Assembly: GCA_048941015.1 (NCBI GenBank)
Contig: JBHLNZ010000040.1
Location: forward strand, 1 to 29,171
Direction of reading: 5' to 3'
From: Promethearchaeota archaeon
Lineage (GTDB): Archaea > Asgardarchaeota > Lokiarchaeia > Sigyniarchaeales > SOKP01
DNA: 29,171 nucleotides
Both the position numbers and the translations under genes were made by a program. Shown here in pieces: positions 1-7,424 of this stretch. The notes beneath the pieces were generated by a model, which was not told the DNA's origin, did no database searches, and worked only from the letters and a program-made list of their open reading frames with translations. Position 1 is the first letter of the stretch, and every line of letters starts with the position of its first letter.

Positions 1-216
1 AAATTTAAATTGATAATATGAATAAAATCTTTTTCTCTTTCTATAAGGTTTTTCTGGTCTATTTAAAAAACATTCGACGCAATATATTTTGATCAAAGGA
101 TTTTCCCATAAATCTGATGCTGCTTCTTTCGAGAGTAGAGGATTATTTATACGAAACTCAGTAAAGCTTATTATTCTACTACAGTCGCAACATTGCTTTG
201 TAATTAGTTTCTCCAT
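1..216 (-). CDS. Small CxxC...CxxC zinc-binding protein, 3' end runs off the window (not in ORF track)
   Basis: Manual translation from ATG at 216: MEKLITKQCCDCSRIISFTEFRINNPLLSKEAASDLWENPLIKIYCVECFLNRPEKPYRKRKRFYSYYQFKF, open to position 1. Two Cys pairs (CCDC, CVEC) and a basic tail. Confidence 0.8.
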   Translation of the reverse strand, partial: MEKLITKQCCDCSRIISFTEFRINNPLLSKEAASDLWENPLIKIYCVECFLNRPEKPYRKRKRFYSYYQFKF

Positions 217-274
217 TACAATCGTATTTCTCTGATATATTTTTAAAGTGAAGAGACTTACCTAATTTTTTTAA

Positions 275-295
275 TTAGTCGAAATTTTCGACTAA
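275..295. promoter_or_regulatory. Perfect palindrome, putative transcription-factor operator between divergent genes
   Basis: TTAGTCGAAA-T-TTTCGACTAA: exact 10-bp inverted arms with a 1-nt centre, in the 217-396 divergent intergenic region. Confidence 0.6.
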
Positions 296-396
296 CAAAA
301 ATAGAATTTGTTAAAGTTGTTTTTTTTCTTTTTAATCAATTTTTTTAATAATAAAATCAATTTAAGTAATTATAGAAAGATCATAATTAGATAATT

Positions 397-2193
397 ATGG
401 TAGATATACGGATCAAATTCTATATTTTTATAATAATTTTAGGTGTCTTTAATACAACTTTTTTTAGTTTGTATGTGAACGCTAATTCCTCTGAAAGTAT
501 GATAAATGTTCGACCTGGTTGGGATGTTTTGCCTATTTATGAAATTCAGCATCCTCCTGGGCCAAAATGTATTGGTGAAAACGATGATCTTTATTATGTT
601 GATAATCTTAATTATGTAGTAATGAAAATGGATGAGTTTGGGGTTCACACAGAATATATTTCTACGCCTACGTCTTTAAATGATATTATTTATCAACCTA
701 ACCACAATCGCCTATTAGGGATTAATGATTTTGGATTTTATGTTATAACATCAAGTGGGGTGGCTTTTTTGAAAAATTATTCCTATGGAGTGCCTTTAAC
801 AACAATGACGGTTGATCCTACTGATGATTCGTTTTATTGTGGCTCAATTTATAATAATAGTGCCATTTTAAAATTTGATGCTAACGGTAATTTAATAACA
901 ACAACCCTTTCAAGTGTAGAAGGTTGTAGTCAGATTATTTTAAATAATAATCAAAGTATCCTTTATTATACTGAAACTTATTTAGGATCGTTTTCTATGA
1001 TGAATTTAACTAGTTCAGAGATAACATTATTAAAAACAGGAATTGGACTTCCAGGAACACAAGAAGTTATCGGTATTGGAGTTGATGATAATGATACGTT
1101 ATATTATATGACAGCAGATGGCAATAACAGAGGTTTCTATAAGTATGAAAATAACTCTTTTGTATCATTGATGGCTTCAAAAGGAGGTATGAGTACATTA
1201 ACTTGGTCAACTAAATTACAAATGTTCATCGCAGCGGGGAGTTTTGGAGGATGTCTAATAGGCTATGATATAGAAAAAACGGAAGCAGAATTTCTTACTC
1301 CATTAGTGAATTCTCAAACTGTAATAGAAACATTAGAAGGAAACATCCTTTATGTTATAGAAGACATGATATACAAAATAAATTCTTCAGGACCGACTTA
1401 TTTTACTAAGAATCCATATAATTATCCTATTTCTAAACTCATATTAGATGTGGATGACAATATTTATGCTTTATTATCAAATGATTCCGTAACTATCGTT
1501 AGAGTTAATCATAATGGTTCTTTCGAAGATTGGTTTGATAATGAAATTCATGAATGGGCTAAATCAATTCATTTTGATATCAAAAACAATGAAATTATCC
1601 TTTTTGCAGAAAATTCTCCTCAAAATGAAACAAATATTTATCGAATGCCAATAACTGATCCGATGAGCTATTATAAAGTAGCTACAATTGAAAATTCCAC
1701 CAAAGTAGTTGGCGTAACGGATGTATATGGGAATATTTATGCCTTTGAGGCTTATAATAACACTCTTTTTAAAATATCCGATGGATCGATTGATATAGAA
1801 ATTATTACAACGGACTTTATTGATTTTTCTGATATTTATGGGGGACAGGTTATTGTTGAGCCCCCTTTAGGGTATTCTACAATTGAGAATGGTATTTTAA
1901 TTGGTAGAAATGATGATTTACAGATATGGTTGCTTGATGAAAATATAAGAATAACTTTCGCAATTAATAACCGTGGTATTGATAATTCAGCGATTTATCA
2001 GAATTTCAAACAAGAAATTATTTGTACCCAATCTACCTTGATACTTAAATTTTTTTACCGCGAACCCAAAAATCCTACAATACCATTATTAATTTACTAT
2101 TATATTCTTGCTATATTTGTTGGTGTGATCATTGTTATGCATATGCAGAAGAGAAAGTCAATTAAATCAAAATTTATAGCTCCAAAATATTAA
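397..2193 (+). CDS. Secreted, C-terminally membrane-anchored beta-propeller protein (NHL/SMP-30-like blades, probably two propellers)
   Basis: Hydrophobic N-terminal signal. ~40-45 aa repeats such as MTVDPTDDSFY, IGVDDNDTLYY, LILDVDDNIY and VTDVYGNIY. C-terminal TM helix (IPLLIYYYILAIFVGVIIV) followed by basic KRKSIKSK. Confidence 0.7.
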   Translation: MVDIRIKFYIFIIILGVFNTTFFSLYVNANSSESMINVRPGWDVLPIYEIQHPPGPKCIGENDDLYYVDNLNYVVMKMDEFGVHTEYISTPTSLNDIIYQPNHNRLLGINDFGFYVITSSGVAFLKNYSYGVPLTTMTVDPTDDSFYCGSIYNNSAILKFDANGNLITTTLSSVEGCSQIILNNNQSILYYTETYLGSFSMMNLTSSEITLLKTGIGLPGTQEVIGIGVDDNDTLYYMTADGNNRGFYKYENNSFVSLMASKGGMSTLTWSTKLQMFIAAGSFGGCLIGYDIEKTEAEFLTPLVNSQTVIETLEGNILYVIEDMIYKINSSGPTYFTKNPYNYPISKLILDVDDNIYALLSNDSVTIVRVNHNGSFEDWFDNEIHEWAKSIHFDIKNNEIILFAENSPQNETNIYRMPITDPMSYYKVATIENSTKVVGVTDVYGNIYAFEAYNNTLFKISDGSIDIEIITTDFIDFSDIYGGQVIVEPPLGYSTIENGILIGRNDDLQIWLLDENIRITFAINNRGIDNSAIYQNFKQEIICTQSTLILKFFYREPKNPTIPLLIYYYILAIFVGVIIVMHMQKRKSIKSKFIAPKY

Positions 2194-2241
2194 ATTAGTT
2201 CATAAGAAAAACCTTTTTCCAACAAAGTGTGTTATAAAAAT

Positions 2242-3162
2242 CTACATTATTTCTCTGCTAAAAAAATTAATAGGATCATCTATTACAGGGCTATCTACTT
2301 TTATAATCATTTTTTTAACTCCTAAATTTTCAACTTTATTTATTTTTTCTTGAATAGTCTTAACATCACCCATGAATTGGTATTTTAAATTGGATTTAAA
2401 GATACCTTTCTCTTTTCTTATACTTTCAAGCGTTTCTTGACTGTCTACTATTGTTATATTTGTATAAATAGAAATTTCAAACTCGGTAGGATCACGATTA
2501 TATCTTTTCACTTTTTCATCGATAAGGGAAATACTCTCTCGAAACCTTTTTTGATCTGATGGAATAACATAAGCGAGGTTTACTCCATCTGCTTCTCTAC
2601 AAGCAATATCGATCATTCTTTTCCCATTATTTGTTCCAACAACGATCTGCGGATAAGGTTTCTGAATTGATTTAGGAAAATTAAGATGCTTCTCTAGTTT
2701 CCAAAATTTCCCTTCAAAATTTGTCTCATCTTCCGTAAATATTCTTTTATAAATAATAAGAGATTCTTCTAACTCATCGACTCTTCTTTTTGGTGAAGGA
2801 AATGGATAACCAAATGCTTTATATTCATCCTTAAACCAACCTGCTCCTAACCACAATAAAGCTCGACCATTCGAAATGTGATCCAATGTCAATATTACTT
2901 TCGCTAAGTAAGCCGGATTTCTAAAGGAATTACACATAACAATATGACCTAACTTTATTCGATGTGTTTCCGTCGCTAATGCGGCCAAAATAGTATTAGA
3001 TTCTAAAAATGGTTCTTTTTTCTTTTGTGTGTCTCCCAAGCTAAAAAAATGATCTGTAACATGAACAGATTCAAATCCTAATCTTTCGACTTTTACTGTT
3101 AAGTCTCTAATTTCTGAATATTTATGATTTGATGGATCTCTTACTACATACCCAAATCTCAT
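2242..3162 (-). CDS. LLM-class (luciferase-like) flavin/F420-dependent oxidoreductase
   Basis: GFESVHVTDHF, ALATETHRIKLG, RNPAYLAK..TLDHISNGR..LGAGW..EY.AFG motifs. Confidence 0.92.
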   Translation of the reverse strand: MRFGYVVRDPSNHKYSEIRDLTVKVERLGFESVHVTDHFFSLGDTQKKKEPFLESNTILAALATETHRIKLGHIVMCNSFRNPAYLAKVILTLDHISNGRALLWLGAGWFKDEYKAFGYPFPSPKRRVDELEESLIIYKRIFTEDETNFEGKFWKLEKHLNFPKSIQKPYPQIVVGTNNGKRMIDIACREADGVNLAYVIPSDQKRFRESISLIDEKVKRYNRDPTEFEISIYTNITIVDSQETLESIRKEKGIFKSNLKYQFMGDVKTIQEKINKVENLGVKKMIIKVDSPVIDDPINFFSREIM

Positions 3163-3320
3163 AGTCTTTAAAAAATACTTGGAAAAAATAAAGATTATCG
3201 TTTTTGTCGAAAATTATGAAACAAATCTTACTTGTGCTAAACACTTATTTTTTTAATGATTTCCATTTTTTTCATTTTTCTTTCTTATTTGAAAATCTTC
3301 TTTTTTACATTTTTTTAATC

Positions 3321-3416
3321 TTCAACTTGATACTTCCACAAGTATCCCCACCAGCTCAATCAGCGCTGTACGAAGTAGATAGATTTTTAGCTTTTATGAC
3401 AAGTAAAGATTTCTAA
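3321..3416 (+). pseudogene. Possible orphan C-terminal remnant of an alpha/beta hydrolase
   Basis: GC-richer island reading FNLILPQVSPPAQSALYEVDRFLAFMTSKDF*, resembling the post-catalytic-His terminal helix of esterases. The upstream part of the 70-aa track ORF is low-complexity T-rich sequence. Confidence 0.3.
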
Positions 3417-3442
3417 CAAGCTAAAACCAAACTATCTTCCTA

Positions 3443-3483
3443 GAAAGGTAAATTCAGGGTCTGATTTCGATGAAAATCCATTT
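3443..3483. repeat. 41-bp intergenic direct repeat, copy 1
   Basis: GAAAGGTAAATTCAGGGTCTGATTTCGATGAAAATCCATTT; 38/41 identical to 4432-4472. Confidence 0.9.
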
Positions 3484-3490
3484 AAATATT

Positions 3491-4306
3491 TTAATTAATT
3501 TTTAAAAAGTTTACAATTAGTTGGTTTACTATTTTAGATTGTTCCATGAGAACTAAATGTGTCCCACCTCGGATGATTTCGAGTCGTGCATCAGGTATTG
3601 CTTCAGTCATTTCTTGCATAACTTTTAATGGATAGAGACGTTCATTTTCTCCATCGATAATAAGTGAGGGGCATTTAATGTTTTTCAATTGGTCTAGCGT
3701 GAAATTTGGTTCTCGCTTGGCCAGATCCATTTCTTTTTCGATTAAAATTGGCCAATTATCGGGATTTGAGGCTACCTTTTCATACGCTCTTTTAATAAAT
3801 TTAAAATCTTTAGGTATATTATTAGGATCTACATTACTAAAACTTTCAAAGATTTCTGGATAAAAATTAGATATGTTATATGGGGTACCAATTAGTATTA
3901 ACTTGTTTACTAATTCGGGATATTTTAGAGCTAGAACCAAGGAAGTACAACCCCCATCACTCCAACCAATGAAACTTGCTTTTTTTATACCTAATTTTTC
4001 CATTAATTGAGTAATATCTGAAGCAAAGAGCTGATAGCTTAGAGGTTTATCTGAATCTGTTGTCCTTCCATGTGCGCGAGTATCTGGGGTGATTATTCGA
4101 AAATGTTTAGCTAATTCTTTGATTTGAAAAAACCAACTTGAGTGATCTGTCATACCGCCGTGTAGTAAAATAACTGGCTCTCCAGTGCCAAACGTGGCAT
4201 AGTATATTTTTATATCTCCAATATCAATATAATCTTCAATAATGTGTTTTTTTTTCCAAGTGTTAAATTTAACTTTACCCAGTAAAATTTTGATAACTCC
4301 CATCAT
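3491..4306 (-). CDS. Alpha/beta fold hydrolase
   Basis: LLHGG oxyanion motif, PDTRAHGRT, nucleophile GWSDGG, C-terminal His (GGTHL). Confidence 0.93.
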   Translation of the reverse strand: MMGVIKILLGKVKFNTWKKKHIIEDYIDIGDIKIYYATFGTGEPVILLHGGMTDHSSWFFQIKELAKHFRIITPDTRAHGRTTDSDKPLSYQLFASDITQLMEKLGIKKASFIGWSDGGCTSLVLALKYPELVNKLILIGTPYNISNFYPEIFESFSNVDPNNIPKDFKFIKRAYEKVASNPDNWPILIEKEMDLAKREPNFTLDQLKNIKCPSLIIDGENERLYPLKVMQEMTEAIPDARLEIIRGGTHLVLMEQSKIVNQLIVNFLKIN

Positions 4307-4431
4307 TATATAATTCCTTTTTTTATAACTTATTATTGAATTAAGATTAATAATAAAGTTTATTGTAATAGCTTCTCTAAAAAGGTTTAACTATTTTAAA
4401 GGCAATCCCAATTTTATATGAAAATTGGTTG

Positions 4432-4472
4432 GAAAGGTAAATTCAGTGTCTGATTTCAATGAAAATTCATTT
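4432..4472. repeat. 41-bp intergenic direct repeat, copy 2
   Basis: GAAAGGTAAATTCAGTGTCTGATTTCAATGAAAATTCATTT; 3 mismatches against copy 1. Preceded by hairpin CCAATTTT-ATATG-AAAATTGG (4408-4428). Confidence 0.9.
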
Positions 4473-4510
4473 GAAATTTCTAAATATATAAATACATTTT
4501 TGTAAGGATA

Positions 4511-4687
4511 TTATGTGTCATAATCTGATTCGTGGAATTTGTCTCCATTTTCTCCCATTTCCTCATCTTCATCATTTTTCTCATTCCAGTCCCTGTCTTC
4601 TTCTTTTGTTTTGGCTTCCTCGCGATTTCTACTTATCTCATTCCATTTATCAGCTTTAAACTGCTTTTTACTTTTATTTTTTCTCAT
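4511..4687 (-). CDS. 58-aa highly charged, probably disordered small protein (not in ORF track)
   Basis: MRKNKSKKQFKADKWNEISRNREEAKTKEEDRDWNEKNDEDEEMGENGDKFHESDYDT*. Purine-rich coding strand, AAGAGAGA just upstream of the ATG. Confidence 0.6.
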   Translation of the reverse strand: MRKNKSKKQFKADKWNEISRNREEAKTKEEDRDWNEKNDEDEEMGENGDKFHESDYDT

Positions 4688-5121
4688 AATTATCTCTCTT
4701 AAGTATTTATTCTAATATGCATTTCAAATTTCAATTTATAATTTTAAGTATGAGCGGTTTAAATTATAAGATGTCTAAAAATGTTAATTACTCTGATCCA
4801 AGAATAATTTTAATAGATTACACTTTATAATTATCTTAATATATTATAAATGTAATTGAAATATATCTTTTTCCACTTTCTTTCCTATATTTAGTATAAC
4901 GAAAGAACCGATGATTTGCCGTTTTTTTAATTTCATATCTGGAGTTAGCAAAGCAAGAAATTTCATCTTTAGAATATAATAAAAATACAAGAAAGATAAA
5001 AACAAGAGTTAAAAAGCAATTAAAGCGAATAAATACACTGATACAAAAACCATCACTTAAATTTATATAAGGATTGGACAGCTCTCATTGATAAAATCCG
5101 TGTTAAATTGTGATTTTAAAA

Positions 5122-5922
5122 TTAATCATTTAAAAATTGAATTAAAGTCTTTATTACTATATCAGAATCCTGTGAAAAAATGTCATGAGCAAGATCTTTA
5201 AATATAGCTAGTTTTGCTCCTTTTATGTTATTAGCCAATAATTCGGCATTTTCTACTGAAGTGAGAAGGTCCTGTTTACCTTGCATTATTAAAGTGGGTC
5301 TATTAATGTTTTTTAGGCGTTTATAAGTGTTAAATTTCACAATAGCATCAACCTGTCTTTTATACATCTTAGGAGGAGTGGGATTTCTACATTCTCTTTG
5401 AATGTATTCTTCGATTACTTCTGGATTTTCTTTAATAAATTTTTCAGTTAATCTAACTGACATAGATTTCCTCGAAATTTCCTCCGGAGTTGTTTCTTCT
5501 CTTGGTTGCATCATAATCTTTAAAGCTTCTGGTGATGGTAAGGATGATTTAGAGAATCCACAATTTGTAGAACAGAGTATAAGCTTATTTACTCTTTCAG
5601 GATAGTTTAAAACTAATTCTTGTGCTATAGAACCTCCCATTGAAAGTCCAAGAATATGAGCATAGTCAATCTTTAAAGCATCCATCAAATTTATTGTGTC
5701 ATCGGCAAAGATTTTCATAGAGTACTCAATATCCGGTTTATCTGATCGGCCAGAACCTCGATTATCAAAAATAATAACTTTAAAATTTTCTGAAAGTTTA
5801 TCAATAAAACGAGAAGGCCAATAATCCGTATTTCCTCCGATACCCATTATCATTAATAGTGGTGGACCTTGTCCATAAATCTCATAATACATCTTAATGT
5901 CATTAATCTTTATTTTTGGCAT
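5122..5922 (-). CDS. Alpha/beta fold hydrolase (3-oxoadipate enol-lactonase-like family)
   Basis: FDNRGSGRSDKP, nucleophile GLSMGG, GKQDLL acid, LAHD catalytic His. Confidence 0.93.
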   Translation of the reverse strand: MPKIKINDIKMYYEIYGQGPPLLMIMGIGGNTDYWPSRFIDKLSENFKVIIFDNRGSGRSDKPDIEYSMKIFADDTINLMDALKIDYAHILGLSMGGSIAQELVLNYPERVNKLILCSTNCGFSKSSLPSPEALKIMMQPREETTPEEISRKSMSVRLTEKFIKENPEVIEEYIQRECRNPTPPKMYKRQVDAIVKFNTYKRLKNINRPTLIMQGKQDLLTSVENAELLANNIKGAKLAIFKDLAHDIFSQDSDIVIKTLIQFLND

Positions 5923-6100
5923 TGTTAAACCTTGAAAGTGTGTTTAAAAATATCTAAAATCAATTTTAACATTGAACTCGGGAAAATATGTTTTTGGTTT
6001 CTTTTAAAATTTGCTACTCACAAAAGAATAAAAACTAGATAAAATTCCATTGAAAATATTTATAAACAGAAAAAGTTAAAAAAAGAATTTAAGTTAGATT

Positions 6101-6236
6101 TTAGGGTTTCTTTAAATTTTTGCGTATAAAGACTACTACAACTGCTATAATCCCAATTAGAAAAAATAGGTAAAAAAACGAAGAGGATTCCTGAAGTGAT
6201 TAAAACTATTATCTTTGATTTTCGATATGATTTCAT
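6101..6236 (-). pseudogene. Internally deleted surface-protein remnant: signal peptide joined out of frame to a Loki-CTERM-like anchor
   Basis: From ATG 6236 the frame gives MKSYRKSKIIVLITSGILFVFLPI (signal peptide). A shifted frame continues YLFFLIGIIAVVVVFIRKNLKKP* (TAA at 6103-6101). Confidence 0.6.
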
Positions 6237-6264
6237 TCTAATTTTATCCATATTTTGATTTATA

Positions 6265-6720
6265 TCATTGAGCCAATTTTATTCCGAATTCTTTGCATTT
6301 TGGAAGATCCTCATTTACTATAGGACCTTTTGAAACTCCTGTACCCTCAACTTTTATAGACAATCCTGGACTGGCTTTTGTTAAATCCGGCATCACTTCA
6401 CTAACCTGTTCCTCCATCTTTTTAACAGCTTTTTCAAAATCAGCTGTTACGTAGGTATCAAATACAGCATATGAATTGACCTTTAATTGAGATTTCGGTA
6501 GCTTATTTATAAATTTCTTTACCGAACCTACATGGCGTCCAAAATGATTCGGGGATCCTATTAAAAGTAAGTCATAGGAATCATCTTTTTTAAGATTTAC
6601 ATCTTTTACATTTTTAACTACTACTTCATTAGCCTCAATAGATTTTATTCCTTCTGCAATTAAGTTGGCTACTTTTTCAGTATTTCCATATTTTGTATAA
6701 AAAACTATTAAAACTTTCAC
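6265..6720 (-). CDS. Flavodoxin family protein
   Basis: FMN loop FYTKYGNTEKVA, IGSPNH, AVFDT. GTG start with AGGTG RBS upstream. Confidence 0.9.
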   Translation of the reverse strand: MKVLIVFYTKYGNTEKVANLIAEGIKSIEANEVVVKNVKDVNLKKDDSYDLLLIGSPNHFGRHVGSVKKFINKLPKSQLKVNSYAVFDTYVTADFEKAVKKMEEQVSEVMPDLTKASPGLSIKVEGTGVSKGPIVNEDLPKCKEFGIKLAQ

Positions 6721-6885
6721 TTTTAATCACCTTTATAATAATACTACTTTAATTTAATATTCCTAATGAAACTTTATAATTAACTTTTTTAGTAGAATAT
6801 ATAATATGCATTTTTATTACTTAAATATTATTTTAACTTTTAATATTTATACAAAAAAATGGAAAAAATCTGCAGTTTGCATATA

Positions 6886-6920
6886 AAAATTTATAAATTT
6901 ATGATCCTATTCTAGATCAT
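6886..6920 (+). promoter_or_regulatory. Putative TATA box followed by an inverted-repeat operator
   Basis: A-rich BRE-like run plus TTTATAAA (~6890-6897), then ATGATC-N8-GATCAT (6901-6920), upstream of the Zn-ribbon ORF and glnA. Confidence 0.4.
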
Positions 6921-6965
6921 TAAAAAGTAGATTTGAAAATTTAATCTAAGAAAGGGATTTAAAAT

Positions 6966-7355
6966 ATGTTAAAATGTCCTATTTGTGGAAAGGAGTATTC
7001 ATATGAGGGAAAAATATGTCTAGAGTGTGAAAATCGTTCACTTTATAGTGGATTGGCAAAACCTGAAGACTTGAAAGATTATACTTGGAATTGTGCCATC
7101 TTTTTGGATGATTATAAATCAATTTTTGGAGTTCAAAAATCTTTAAGGCATTATTTGAAACTAACTGCCGAACCAAGCAAATTAAAAGTAAGGGGACAAA
7201 AGCGTTATGAATGGAATACAAATACTGCGGTAAGGTTTAAATCCTGTATTGAACAATCCCTTATATCTTCAGGAATAAAGTATGATTCAGAATTAGTTAG
7301 AGATATTTTAAAGGTAATGGAAAAAGCAGCTGGTTCATCCCTAATTTATGAATAA
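6966..7355 (+). CDS. Hypothetical protein with N-terminal zinc ribbon
   Basis: CPICG-x8-CLEC at the N-terminus; two Y-x-W-N motifs (DYTWN, RYEWN). Confidence 0.75.
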   Translation: MLKCPICGKEYSYEGKICLECENRSLYSGLAKPEDLKDYTWNCAIFLDDYKSIFGVQKSLRHYLKLTAEPSKLKVRGQKRYEWNTNTAVRFKSCIEQSLISSGIKYDSELVRDILKVMEKAAGSSLIYE

Positions 7356-7424
7356 AATTTTCAAAATATATAATTATACTATTTTTGAGTTAAAAAGAAA
7401 AATTAAAAAGAAATTGGTATAGAT

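Noticed and set aside
3300-3400. Minus-strand reading SAD-TGA-AGGDTCG as a selenoprotein
   Set aside because: No credible start codon, no recognisable selenoprotein family and no convincing SECIS.
3204-3416. 70-aa plus-strand ORF as an intact gene
   Set aside because: The first ~40 codons are low-complexity T-rich sequence; only the tail looks coding.
3443-4472. 41-bp repeats as a CRISPR array or IS terminal inverted repeats
   Set aside because: Only two full copies, ~1 kb apart and in direct orientation. No spacers, cas genes or transposase.
6060-6251. 63-aa ORF as a functional protein
   Set aside because: Better explained as an out-of-frame fusion of a signal peptide and a C-terminal anchor.
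2194-6264. Classical integron attC sites in the accessory array
   Set aside because: No properly paired RYYYAAC...GTTRRRY ends with a long hairpin were found. GTTAAAT at 5102-5108 has no partner, and there is no integrase in the window.
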